NCBI GenBank assembly: GCA_048884785.1
Contig: JBHLQM010000008.1
Location: 29,379-48,346, forward strand
DNA: 18,968 nt
Source of the DNA: Candidatus Thorarchaeota archaeon
GTDB taxonomy: Archaea; Asgardarchaeota; Thorarchaeia; Thorarchaeales; Thorarchaeaceae
Direction: 5' to 3'
Shown here piece by piece: positions 1 through 8,740 of the stretch. A program made the position numbers and the translations under genes. The stretch's first letter is position 1. The number at the start of each line of letters is the position of its first letter. The notes beneath the pieces were generated by a model. It had not been told where the DNA came from. It saw nothing but the letters and a program-made list of their open reading frames with translations, and searched no databases.

Positions 1-1
1 T

Positions 2-337
2 AACGAAGGTCTTCAGCATGTCTATATCCACAATGAACTGGGAGGTGGAGTATTTGACTCATATTTGGATGCAAGAGGAGTTCATTTAGTGAATTCACAA
101 ATATCGGGATGGGATGAGATACATGCTGAGTGGGCAGGCTTCTATTCCTCGAAGCTCGGATACGGCTTTCTGGTAAACATCCCAGAAGGAATTAGGGCAT
201 ATAGGGGCCGTGAGATAATTGGGCATGACATTCGATGGAGTGGAATTATCTTCATGTTGCCGGTCGATATAAAAGAACTCAACTACGATATTAGATTTCT
301 GAAATCAATCAAATCATTAAGAAGGGGAACCCTCTGA
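2..337 (+). CDS. Hypothetical protein, C-terminal part (5'-truncated by the window edge)
   Basis: The frame of ORF 65..337 is open back to position 2 (NEGLQHVYIHNELGGGVFDSYLDARG...), so the real start is upstream of the window. Its TGA (335-337) overlaps the probable CTG start of the next gene, suggesting translational coupling. No family recognised. Confidence 0.65.
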   Translation, partial: NEGLQHVYIHNELGGGVFDSYLDARGVHLVNSQISGWDEIHAEWAGFYSSKLGYGFLVNIPEGIRAYRGREIIGHDIRWSGIIFMLPVDIKELNYDIRFLKSIKSLRRGTL

Positions 338-1689
338 CTGTTGATGTTGTTCTTGTGTATCCTTTTTTTGGCCATGAGCAGACTAGGTCAGATTTTCGGT
401 TTCCTCCTCTGGGACTGGGCTATCTCGCCTCATCTTTGCTTGCAAAGGGTATTAGGGTGAAGATTGTAGATGGTACATTTACTGATTTCAGAACAACTAT
501 TGATAGGGTTTCAAAGCTCTCGCCTCGAATTGTTGGCATTTACTCAATGATAACAATGGAAATCAATACCTATTCTATTGCCAGGCGATTACGCGATGAT
601 GTTGATTTTCTTGTTGCGGGAGGTCCATTACCAAGCCTGATTCCCGATTCATTTCTTGATACATTTGATGCTGTGGTCATGGGAGAAGGAGAAATCGTTT
701 TTCCAGACCTTGTGGGAAGATATTTGGCAGGCATGGAATGGAATCATGTGAGCGGGATAGCTTACAGAAACGAACGGAAGCAAATTGTGAAAACATCTCA
801 AACCAATATGGTTGATAACTTGGACATAATACCCACACCAGCACGGGACCTATTCCAGAATCAATCGTATATCAAATACTGGACACGCTACTTTGGCTAT
901 AGTGCCACAAATCAGATGACAACAAGGGGCTGTCCATTCTCCTGCGATTTTTGTAGCAGCCCTGTATTCGGAAAGAGCTATCGAGAAGTGTCTTCAGAAA
1001 GGGTTGTTGATGAAATGCTTGAGATTCAGAAATTAGGCTATGATCGAGTCTTTTTCTCAGATGACTGTTTTACCCTTAATATGAACAGGGTATCTGACAT
1101 CTGTTCGCGTCTAAAGAATTTGGATGAAAAGATTGAATGGATGTGTCTCAGTAGAGTCGATAGATTGGATGGCAATCTTGCAAGGCAAATGGCAGAGGCA
1201 GGATGTGTGAGAATTCTTTTTGGAATTGAATCAGGCAATGATAGAATGCTGAAGGTAATGAAAAAGGAAACAGATCTGCACAAAGTGAGAAAAGCAGTCA
1301 GGGTTGCATCAGAGCATGGTATTGAAACAGGCGGCTTTTTCATCCTCGGGTACCCAGGGGAAACTGCTGAGTCGCTCTTGGATACCATTAACTTGTCTTC
1401 TAGCCTTGGATTGGATTTTGTTTCCTATTCCTATCCATATCCAATCCCTGGAACAGGTTTGTATGAAAAAGCCAAGCATCACCAGAAGATGAAAAATCCC
1501 AAACCAAGATTCAATTCAAGACAGAAATACAGAATTCGAATAGATACAGGTATATCACAGAGAAAACTGGATTTTGCGAGAATCAAAGGTCAGACGCAAC
1601 AACGACTTAACCAGAACGGTCCTATTGGCAAAAGCACAGCACATGTATTTGAGAGAATCACCGATGAAGTGTTTCGTTTTATCAGATGA
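334..1689 (+). CDS. Cobalamin (B12)-binding domain radical SAM protein (class B methylase/BchE-like superfamily)
   Basis: N-terminal B12-binding domain motifs (PPLGLGYLAS, VAGGPLPS, VVMGEGE), radical SAM motif TTRGCPFSCDFC, plus FSDDCF, FGIESG and FILGYPGET. The track starts at GTG 355, but the frame extends to CTG 334, giving the typical first beta-strand (M)TVDVVLVYP, with GAAGGGG at 321-327 as SD. Confidence 0.9.
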   Translation: MTVDVVLVYPFFGHEQTRSDFRFPPLGLGYLASSLLAKGIRVKIVDGTFTDFRTTIDRVSKLSPRIVGIYSMITMEINTYSIARRLRDDVDFLVAGGPLPSLIPDSFLDTFDAVVMGEGEIVFPDLVGRYLAGMEWNHVSGIAYRNERKQIVKTSQTNMVDNLDIIPTPARDLFQNQSYIKYWTRYFGYSATNQMTTRGCPFSCDFCSSPVFGKSYREVSSERVVDEMLEIQKLGYDRVFFSDDCFTLNMNRVSDICSRLKNLDEKIEWMCLSRVDRLDGNLARQMAEAGCVRILFGIESGNDRMLKVMKKETDLHKVRKAVRVASEHGIETGGFFILGYPGETAESLLDTINLSSSLGLDFVSYSYPYPIPGTGLYEKAKHHQKMKNPKPRFNSRQKYRIRIDTGISQRKLDFARIKGQTQQRLNQNGPIGKSTAHVFERITDEVFRFIR

Positions 1690-1709
1690 TCTCTATCATC
1701 CCACTCATT

Positions 1710-2549
1710 CTATCGCTTCCGTAGAATTATCAGAAAATGATCCCCGAGTCCCCGAAATACTCGCGATGATGAAATGAATTTCTCTAAATTGGCAAGAGTT
1801 CTCCAGAGTGGCATAAGAAATCTGACCCTATTTGTCACACCAGGGGGCGGATATAGAAGACCAATTGCCTCGCAGTATTCCTGTTTGAAATGAGGGAATT
1901 GTTGGACGAATTCATTTGGTGTTGGAAAATACGACGTGATCTCACCATTGCCAATTTGCAGTGAATATCCCTCTCGCAGACGTTTCATAGCAAGCCCTTT
2001 GCCTTCATTCTTGAAGATTGAAAAGAGACGGTCCCAAATGGCGTCGCGACCCATTATTGTGGCAACAATCCAGCCTCGTGTAGCTAGTAGTCTTGAGAAG
2101 GCTCTGTCAATTGTTTCATAGGACTCTAATGTATTCAAACTCCCAAAGTTTGCTAATATTCCACTGAAACTCCCATCCTGTAAATGGGACGCCTTATCGA
2201 GGTCCTCTATATCTCTTTGCTCAAGTTCAATTAGATGACTCATACCTCGAATACGAGCATTCTTCCGGGCTTGCTCCAACATCATAGAGGAAGTGTCGAT
2301 TGCATGCACTTTGCATCCATTGGATGCCAGAAATATTGAGTCAGTGCCGACTCCGCAACCCAAGTCCAGTATACTAGTTCCTGGCTGTGCAATCCTCTCA
2401 AGAAAATGCCAGGTTCTTCTTCGCATGAGCATCATTGAGGGATTCGTTGTCACTTCCTTGGTATAGTCCTCTGCCATGATATCAAAAGCGATTGCGCGTC
2501 TAGTACTTGAGGGGGCTCTGCGGATTGGTTCCAAGGTAGTAATCCCCAT
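1710..2549 (-). CDS. Class I SAM-dependent methyltransferase
   Basis: Motif I ILDLGCGVG, acidic post-I motif VHAIDTS, and motif II region FSGILANFGSLN. Confidence 0.9.
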   Translation of the reverse strand: MGITTLEPIRRAPSSTRRAIAFDIMAEDYTKEVTTNPSMMLMRRRTWHFLERIAQPGTSILDLGCGVGTDSIFLASNGCKVHAIDTSSMMLEQARKNARIRGMSHLIELEQRDIEDLDKASHLQDGSFSGILANFGSLNTLESYETIDRAFSRLLATRGWIVATIMGRDAIWDRLFSIFKNEGKGLAMKRLREGYSLQIGNGEITSYFPTPNEFVQQFPHFKQEYCEAIGLLYPPPGVTNRVRFLMPLWRTLANLEKFISSSRVFRGLGDHFLIILRKR

Positions 2550-2599
2550 TCATGGGGGTGTGTAATCAAAGTAAAAAATGTTCTATTGGAGTCCCTTTC

Positions 2600-2621
2600 T
2601 CAGAACTTCAGCAGGTTCTGA
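2600..2621. promoter_or_regulatory. Inverted repeat TCAGAAC-N8-GTTCTGA in a divergent intergenic region; candidate operator or hairpin
   Basis: Perfect 7-bp arms (2600-2606 and 2615-2621) between the divergent methyltransferase and GNAT genes. The function is inferred. Confidence 0.35.
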
Positions 2622-2695
2622 ATTTGGCGGAGAGCAATTCCTATTTATGGAGTGGTCAGATGCATGATGCACCCCGGCCTTGAAGGTGATGCAGT

Positions 2696-3796
2696 ATATT
2701 CCAAGAACTACAACAGCAAGACTTTGAAAAAGCCCGAACTGTATTCAGAGGATTTGACTACCAAGTAGTTGTCAGATCTGTCATTGAAGGAACCTCACCG
2801 GGAAAAATCTGGGTCGACGATAGTGTTCATCCAAACGCTGGGTTTATGGCGACTACTGAAGGTTGGTTTCTGGCCGGTGATGCGAATAGGATTAAGTTCA
2901 ATGAAGGGTTGAGGCAACTAGTTCATGACATGATTCTCAAAGGAGAGTATTATTCACCTGTAAACCCTGAGTTTCTTCGAGAGCTGTTCTTCCACATTGA
3001 TTCCGAGTCGTGGAAGAAGCAATTCTCTTTCATCTTTGATATTCGGCCACCCCTTCCGACAAATCGTGTCCATTTCACTTGTAGCAAGGTCTCTTTGGAT
3101 TGGAGGAACATATTACCAGAGGGCTATGAGTTGGTGCAAGTTGATTCGACATTTGATGCTGGTGCATTTGAGTTCCCTGAAGATATCAAGGAATGGACTG
3201 CACATAGTTTGGAAGAGCAGAAAGCGAGAGGATTTGGCAAATGCCTAGTGTACGGAAAAAGGATCGTTGTTTGGATAAATGCAGATTGTGCCAGCAGTGA
3301 TGAGTGTGAAATTGGAATTATCACATCCAAGGATTCTAGGTTGAAAGGTCTTGGATCTGCGACGGCTGCGGCAGCTGTTGAGCATTGTCTGGCTTCTGGT
3401 TTTTCTCTTGTGGGGTGGCATTGTGAAGACCATAATATTGGTTCAATTAGAGTAGCGCAAAAGGTTGGATTCGTCAAAGAACGCGAGTATAAGCATTACA
3501 TTTGTATGTTTGATGAAACTGAGCATTTTGCTGAAACGGGTCTAAGGCACTTCCATGACGGTAAATACAGAGAAGCTGTCTCAGAGTTTGAAAAGGGATT
3601 CACACATGGAGAGGTCCCAATATGGGCGTATATCATGGCTGCGCGTTCCTACGGTTTCATTGGAAACGCTAGGAAGGCAAAAGACTGCTTGGTCAGTGCA
3701 AAGAAAAGAGGTTGGAGTAACTGGGAATCCGTAGTTCAGAGGAAAGAGCTGCAATCTGTCATCACTTCTAGTGATTGGGATGAGATTCTCAGATGA
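2696..3796 (+). CDS. GNAT family acetyltransferase (GNAT_acetyltran/YdfB-like) with C-terminal TPR-like helices
   Basis: The frame is open from 2690 (TGA at 2687-2689). Translation from ATA 2696 gives FQELQQQDFEKARTVFRGFDYQVVVRSVIEGTSPGKIWVDD, which resembles the typical N-terminus of this family, and GAAGGTGAT (2682-2690) sits 5 nt upstream. GNAT motifs EIGIIT..SRLKGLGS and NIGSIRVAQKVGF. The C-terminal segment (GLRHFHDGKYREAVSEFEKG...AYIMAARSYGFIGNARKAKDCL) has a TPR pattern. The track start at 2846 is probably too short. Confidence 0.85.
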   Translation: MFQELQQQDFEKARTVFRGFDYQVVVRSVIEGTSPGKIWVDDSVHPNAGFMATTEGWFLAGDANRIKFNEGLRQLVHDMILKGEYYSPVNPEFLRELFFHIDSESWKKQFSFIFDIRPPLPTNRVHFTCSKVSLDWRNILPEGYELVQVDSTFDAGAFEFPEDIKEWTAHSLEEQKARGFGKCLVYGKRIVVWINADCASSDECEIGIITSKDSRLKGLGSATAAAAVEHCLASGFSLVGWHCEDHNIGSIRVAQKVGFVKEREYKHYICMFDETEHFAETGLRHFHDGKYREAVSEFEKGFTHGEVPIWAYIMAARSYGFIGNARKAKDCLVSAKKRGWSNWESVVQRKELQSVITSSDWDEILR

Positions 3797-3844
3797 ATTG
3801 CCAGTCTAGGACTTCACATTGTTATATCCTCAGTAATAACTCTT

Positions 3845-3856
3845 TTATCATGATAA
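3845..3856. promoter_or_regulatory. Perfect 12-bp palindrome TTATCATGATAA overlapping a TATA-like TTTTAT upstream of korB
   Basis: Seen directly, 45 nt upstream of ATG 3902. The operator role is inferred. Confidence 0.4.
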
Positions 3857-3901
3857 GTTGCGAAAGTGTCACGTTGCTCAAGTGATATGGTGTGCCCCTC
3901 A

Positions 3902-4750
3902 ATGACCGAGTCAACTCCAGTCTTGAAACATCCAATGGCCAAGTACATCCGCGAGGATAGGCAACCTTGGATTTACTGTTCCGGTTGTTCAATCGGTGTG
4001 GTCACGAATATGATCGCACGTGCAATCGATAACCTTGGCATTGACTTCAACAAAGTGGTTGTGGTCAGCGGTATTGGGTGCACTGGGAGGACTTCAGGAT
4101 ATTTCAAAACAGGCACTTATCACACAACACATGGTCGCGCTATTGCATTTGCAGAGGGCGTCAAGATTGCGAATCCTGAACTTGAGGTGATTGTTGTCTC
4201 TGGGGATGGTGACATCGCGGCGATTGGTGGAAACCACCTGATTCACGCCTGCAGGAGAAACATCGATATCACTGTAGTGTGCATTAACAACTTCAACTAC
4301 GGTATGACAGGAGGTCAATTCGGGCCAACAACGGAACATCTGAGATACTCACAGACCAGTCCGAGGCCTATAGGCAACGTGGAGCATCCTTTCAATTTAG
4401 TCCAGCTAGCTGCATCATCTGGAGCTACTTTTGTTGCCAGATGGACCGCAGTCCAAGCGAGGCGTGCGACCCGTTCTATTGAGAAGGCCATCCATAAGAG
4501 GGGCTTCTCCTTCGTTGAGATCATTGGCGCATGCCCCACTGCATACGGGAGAATGAACAGACTGGGTGAAGGCCTTGACATGCACAAGCATCTCTTGGAA
4601 GTTGCAGAGATCCAGAATGGGCTTCCTCCACACGAGGCTGAGATTGAATATGATAGAAGGATAGTCTGCGGCGAGTTTGTAGACATCGATAAACCAGAGT
4701 ACACAGACGTATTGCGCCAGGCCCACCAGAAGTTCAAGGAGGGCAAGTAG
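3902..4750 (+). CDS. korB: 2-oxoacid:ferredoxin oxidoreductase beta subunit (TPP-binding; KorB-like)
   Basis: YCSGCSIG, VSGIGCTGR, HTTHGRA, TPP motif GDGDIAAIGGNHLIHA...NNFNYGMTGGQ, and EIIGACPT. ATG 3902 (MTESTP) follows GGTGTG and is preferred over GTG 3866. Confidence 0.92.
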   Translation: MTESTPVLKHPMAKYIREDRQPWIYCSGCSIGVVTNMIARAIDNLGIDFNKVVVVSGIGCTGRTSGYFKTGTYHTTHGRAIAFAEGVKIANPELEVIVVSGDGDIAAIGGNHLIHACRRNIDITVVCINNFNYGMTGGQFGPTTEHLRYSQTSPRPIGNVEHPFNLVQLAASSGATFVARWTAVQARRATRSIEKAIHKRGFSFVEIIGACPTAYGRMNRLGEGLDMHKHLLEVAEIQNGLPPHEAEIEYDRRIVCGEFVDIDKPEYTDVLRQAHQKFKEGK

Positions 4751-5305
4751 GTGGCCAGAACCGAGATTCGCATCGGTGGCTTTGGCGGGCAGGGCGTTGT
4801 CACTATGGCCATGGTTCTCGGTGAGACCCTATCTCTCGTGGAGAATAGACAGTGTGTTCAGACACAGAGCTATGGTCCTGAGGCACGTGGTGGAGCAAGC
4901 AAGAGCGAGATTGTCGTTGATGATGAAGAAGTCGACTATCCCAAGGTACAAGAACCAGACGTCTTTGTGGCAATGAGTCGAGCGGCTTACCTAGAATACA
5001 TAGAGGGACTCAAGGAGAACGGAATTCTGATCATTGACGAGGACTTGGTCGAGATCGAGGGGGACTTGCCCGATGGTGTTAGAGTCTACAGAGTCCCAGC
5101 CACGCGCATTGCTGACAAGGATGTTGGAAATAGACAGGCCACAAATGTTGTGATGCTCGGAGTACTTGCCGCAATAACAGGCATTGTTACACCAGAGGGA
5201 CTCCGACAGGCGATCAAAGATAGATGGCCAAGATTCATTGAGACCAACTTTTTGGCACTCGATTTGGGTCTTGATGCAGGGAAGAAAGCTCTCGAAGAGC
5301 AATAG
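4751..5305 (+). CDS. korC: 2-oxoacid:ferredoxin oxidoreductase gamma subunit (KorC/PorC-like)
   Basis: EIRIGGFGGQGVV, QSYGPEARGGAS and NVVMLG. The GTG start directly abuts the korB stop. Confidence 0.92.
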   Translation: MARTEIRIGGFGGQGVVTMAMVLGETLSLVENRQCVQTQSYGPEARGGASKSEIVVDDEEVDYPKVQEPDVFVAMSRAAYLEYIEGLKENGILIIDEDLVEIEGDLPDGVRVYRVPATRIADKDVGNRQATNVVMLGVLAAITGIVTPEGLRQAIKDRWPRFIETNFLALDLGLDAGKKALEEQ

Positions 5306-5333
5306 TTTTCCTTTAATCGGAATCTGATATGAC

Positions 5334-6119
5334 CTAGGGAGAGTCATTCAGTGCAAGAATTGCAGCTCCAAGAGCTCCTGTGAGCTGTGGTTCTTTAGGC
5401 ATCCAGAGGTTGACGCCTAGTTGAGCTGCCAGATAATGCCTGAAGGCAGGATTCCGTGCAACACCTCCAGTCACACCGACTGGTTCGACCACTCCAACTC
5501 GTTTTGACAGTGTTCCTATCTTTGAGGCCATCGAGGAGTGAATTCCAGCCGCGATGTCCTTTGGTGAGTCACCTGCTCCGATTCGTCCAATAACCTCACT
5601 CTCAGCAAAGACTGTACAGGTGCTGCTGATGGCACATGGAGAGTTGGACTGCAATGCAAGAGGCCCAAGTTCATCCATAGATACTTCAAGGACTCGTGCC
5701 ATGACTTCCAGGAATCTACCGGTTCCCGCACTGCACTTGTCATTGATCTCAAAGTCCTCGGGCCTTCCATTAGGGCCAATCCGAATGACCTTTGAGTCCT
5801 GCCCGCCTACATCTATCAGCAGTCGTATGTCAGGATTCAGGGCATGCACTCCAACACTGTGACATGTTATCTCTGTTATCTTCCGATTAGCAAACTCTAC
5901 TAGTGCACGGCCATAACCGGTACCAATAATGACTGCGTCCTCTGCTTGGACGCCTGCCTTATCACAGATCTCCTTGATACATTTGGAAGCAGATGCCGTC
6001 GCAGATGCACCTGTGGTCATCAGGTATGTTGCTAGTATCTCTGCCTCCGAGTTGACTAGGACTGCTTTGGTGGTAGTTGAACCTACGTCCACACCAATGC
6101 CCATCTTTCCTGAGACCAT
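5334..6119 (-). CDS. ATP-dependent [4Fe-4S] activase of 2-hydroxyacyl-CoA dehydratase (HgdC/HadI/FldI; BadF/BadG/BcrA/BcrD ASKHA ATPase family)
   Basis: GVDVGSTTTK, TGYGR, ITEITCH, DVGGQDSK, NDKCSAGTGRFLE, SSTCTVFAESE (both cluster cysteines present) and TGGVA. Confidence 0.93.
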   Translation of the reverse strand: MVSGKMGIGVDVGSTTTKAVLVNSEAEILATYLMTTGASATASASKCIKEICDKAGVQAEDAVIIGTGYGRALVEFANRKITEITCHSVGVHALNPDIRLLIDVGGQDSKVIRIGPNGRPEDFEINDKCSAGTGRFLEVMARVLEVSMDELGPLALQSNSPCAISSTCTVFAESEVIGRIGAGDSPKDIAAGIHSSMASKIGTLSKRVGVVEPVGVTGGVARNPAFRHYLAAQLGVNLWMPKEPQLTGALGAAILALNDSP

Positions 6120-6129
6120 TTACCAATCC

Positions 6130-7335
6130 TCATACAAACATCTCGAGCAGGGCATCGACTCTTGTCGCGATTTGCGCATCATTGAAGAGCCTGCTGTCGA
6201 CCATGTCGCCTTCTATAACTACGCCTGGCACGCCAGTTCTCTCGGTGATAATCTCTCTTGTGACGAGTTGTCCCAGCGAATACCGTTTGCACGACCGAAC
6301 TGAGAACATAACGAATCCATCCAAGTCATAGTCCTCGATCAACTGAACCATCTTGTCGACCTTAGCATCGAGACCTCTGTTCAGATACACATTGCTGTAG
6401 ATTTCTGCCACGCTCTGGTAGAGGTCCTCACCCTCTATCACGCTGGCCCATGCATGAGTGTATGTGTCAGCAGGAAAAGCAACTCCGCGCTGTGCCATGC
6501 CATTGAAAAACTTGAAGATCTGGAACCATGGAGGAATGTTGTCCCAGAGTAGACGCACCTTTTCGTCAAGTATTGCCCCAATCCCCTCTTTCACTCTGTT
6601 CTGAACCTCATCCAAGAGAGCCTGATAGAAATCAACACAATAGTCCTTGCCCCTCATCGAAACAACAGGAGCCATTGCCAGGAACCTGTCTGCGCAATTC
6701 AGAGGGGTTGGTTTGTTCTTGCACTCCCGTAATGATTTGTGCCAGAGCTTTATGGCCGTCGATGAGAGGTCAGCAACTTTCCTTAGGCGGTCTTCCCTGA
6801 GTTCCACACCAAGTGTATTTGACAAGTGATCCACGAGTCCATGAATTGATTGGCGAACATATTCAACATGATGCGGTTTTTGTTCCCCCTCGATTGAAGG
6901 CGTGTCAAACAGATACACCGGAGCGCCTGTAAGTTCAGAGATAGCATCATACCATTTCAGTACTGTGCCACAGATATTGTTACAGGCAAGGAGTGTCTGC
7001 GGCTTAGGAAGGCCTTCAAGCGGGCTCTCTGCGGGCTTAAGCACTGACCCGATGCTGGCTCTCGCATACGAACACAATTCACTAGAATATCCGACTTCTT
7101 CTGCAAATCCACATATGGATGGACCAACTTTCTGGGCGCCCACGATTGCTGTGTACTGCTCAGGATAAACGACACCAACGCCCATGGCAACAGGAATCTC
7201 AACAGGAAATCCAGATGTGACCCATGCTAGTTTTCCTTCTTCGCTCGCTGCATGCCCCTCCAGCATATGTCGGAATGAGAGGGACTGCAATTGCTCTGAT
7301 GTCTTGAGCCGTCGATATGCTTTCTCTTCGGTCAT
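6130..7335 (-). CDS. 2-hydroxyacyl-CoA dehydratase alpha subunit (HgdA/HadB/FldB-like)
   Basis: WVTSGFPVE, YPEQY (Glu at the HadB YPEN position) and three cluster-Cys motifs ELCSYAR, CNNICG and SVRSCKRYS. The real start is ATG 7335 (MTEEKAY), just after the upstream stop and preceded by GGAGG. The track start at 7440 overlaps the upstream gene. Confidence 0.9.
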   Translation of the reverse strand: MTEEKAYRRLKTSEQLQSLSFRHMLEGHAASEEGKLAWVTSGFPVEIPVAMGVGVVYPEQYTAIVGAQKVGPSICGFAEEVGYSSELCSYARASIGSVLKPAESPLEGLPKPQTLLACNNICGTVLKWYDAISELTGAPVYLFDTPSIEGEQKPHHVEYVRQSIHGLVDHLSNTLGVELREDRLRKVADLSSTAIKLWHKSLRECKNKPTPLNCADRFLAMAPVVSMRGKDYCVDFYQALLDEVQNRVKEGIGAILDEKVRLLWDNIPPWFQIFKFFNGMAQRGVAFPADTYTHAWASVIEGEDLYQSVAEIYSNVYLNRGLDAKVDKMVQLIEDYDLDGFVMFSVRSCKRYSLGQLVTREIITERTGVPGVVIEGDMVDSRLFNDAQIATRVDALLEMFV

Positions 7336-7336
7336 C

Positions 7337-8536
7337 TTACCCAACCTCCTGTAGTGTTTCCATAAACGTTTGAAGTCTCCCCTCAAGCCTATTCCTATCT
7401 GACAGTTCAGGGTCGAGCGGAAGTCGAAGAGAGGGGACACCTACATCCTGTGATACCTTCTCATGGGAGGGCGATTCAAACTCATCGGGATCGCAGAAGG
7501 ACTGCTCACATATCACCACTCCATCAATGTGAAGCCCCTGTAATAGTTGCTTCAGGAATCTTACTCGAACCTGAAGTCCTTCATGTGTTGGTTCAAGAGG
7601 TGCCTTGAGAATGGAATTTGCCATGTCCAGGAATGGATCCTCATTGTACGGTGTTGCCGGTGTGAACACCGTCTTGAAGCCAAAACTCAGGAGGTCTAGT
7701 GCAATGATATCGCTTGTCACTCCATCAAGGTTATCAAAAAGAGACACTATGGCTTGAGGCTCGACCATTCCTCCTACAACCATAATCCTTGGATCTTCTG
7801 TTGATGGTGTCTTGATCTCTGGAATATCTCCGGTCAAAAGACCTGTCTGTATTTGTTCGATGTGCTCCAGCATCCCATTTTCATTACATATTGTCCTGAC
7901 GGAGTTCGCAGTGTCGACAATCTCAGATAGAATATCTGGCTCAGGAGCTGTTAGAAAATCACGTACAAGTCCGACCAATCTTGAGTAGGATACAAGTGTT
8001 CTGTCCAATACTCGTGCAGCATACAGAAACTGAGTGTTAGCTTTGAAGTCATTGACTAGTCCCACGGCGGCGTCATATTCTGTTGCAGAAAATGCTTTGC
8101 CAAATACATTCTCAAGAGTGGCGCTCAAGAGTCTCAGTTCCTCTGCGAGAAAAGATATCGAAGCGTCTGTGGTGGAAACAGGATATGTCAGACGTAGTAT
8201 CCTGTCATCCGTAAACCGTTTTCTCCAGACATCTCCAACATTCTGGAGCGCGTCACATGTGTTTCCGGGAAATAGAACACCGCTGAAATCTGTTAGGAGT
8301 CCGTTTGCTCGCTGTGAGAATACATTCCTTGTGAATGCACAAGAGAATGTCTGTAGGCTGTCTTCAAATCCTGCTGAGGTTGACGGATTTGTCCGAATCA
8401 GAGATGGCGTCAGACCATGTGCCAAGAATAGTTCAATTGGGATATGAGGGTACAGATATCCAATAGCCGTTCCGCCTCTCTCTCTGAGATTTCGCAAGCG
8501 CTGTGCCGAGTTTTCAATGACCTCTCCATAGCTCAT
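7337..8536 (-). CDS. 2-hydroxyacyl-CoA dehydratase beta subunit (HgdB/HadC-like)
   Basis: PIELFLAHG and three Cys motifs QTFSCAFTR, FPGNTCDALQN and SFCDPDEFE, with a C-terminal RLQTFME. First gene of a coupled beta-alpha-activase operon. Confidence 0.88.
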   Translation of the reverse strand: MSYGEVIENSAQRLRNLRERGGTAIGYLYPHIPIELFLAHGLTPSLIRTNPSTSAGFEDSLQTFSCAFTRNVFSQRANGLLTDFSGVLFPGNTCDALQNVGDVWRKRFTDDRILRLTYPVSTTDASISFLAEELRLLSATLENVFGKAFSATEYDAAVGLVNDFKANTQFLYAARVLDRTLVSYSRLVGLVRDFLTAPEPDILSEIVDTANSVRTICNENGMLEHIEQIQTGLLTGDIPEIKTPSTEDPRIMVVGGMVEPQAIVSLFDNLDGVTSDIIALDLLSFGFKTVFTPATPYNEDPFLDMANSILKAPLEPTHEGLQVRVRFLKQLLQGLHIDGVVICEQSFCDPDEFESPSHEKVSQDVGVPSLRLPLDPELSDRNRLEGRLQTFMETLQEVG

Positions 8537-8716
8537 TTGATTCGCCGTCCTTCATTTGCGATTGCCATAAGAAGAATATAACGCCCCTCCTCTCTTATTC
8601 AGTGTCTTATCTGTTGTGCTTCTGAAAAAGTATGCATGAAAATGCACAGAAACCTCTAAAACTACATGGGGAAGGAATTATCAACCACTGATGCAGTAAT
8701 GCACTCAGACGACAAG

Positions 8717-8740
8717 TCGATGTATTTACGATACATTCGA
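8717..8740. promoter_or_regulatory. Imperfect inverted repeat TCG-ATGTAT-ttacg-ATACAT-t-CGA in the leader of the first acyl-CoA ligase
   Basis: Arms at 8720-8725 and 8731-8736, extended by TCG/CGA with one bulge. Located just upstream of the GGAGAG SD in the divergent dehydratase/ligase intergenic region. Confidence 0.35.

Noticed and set aside
7336-7440. 35-aa N-terminal extension of the dehydratase alpha subunit given by the ORF track
   Set aside because: It overlaps the beta-subunit gene. ATG 7335 has a GGAGG SD and is coupled to the upstream stop.
5334-8536. Class I benzoyl-CoA reductase
   Set aside because: Only one ATPase subunit is present, the Cys motifs are closer to Had/Hgd, and no ring-cleavage genes are in the window. 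Not fully excluded without phylogeny.
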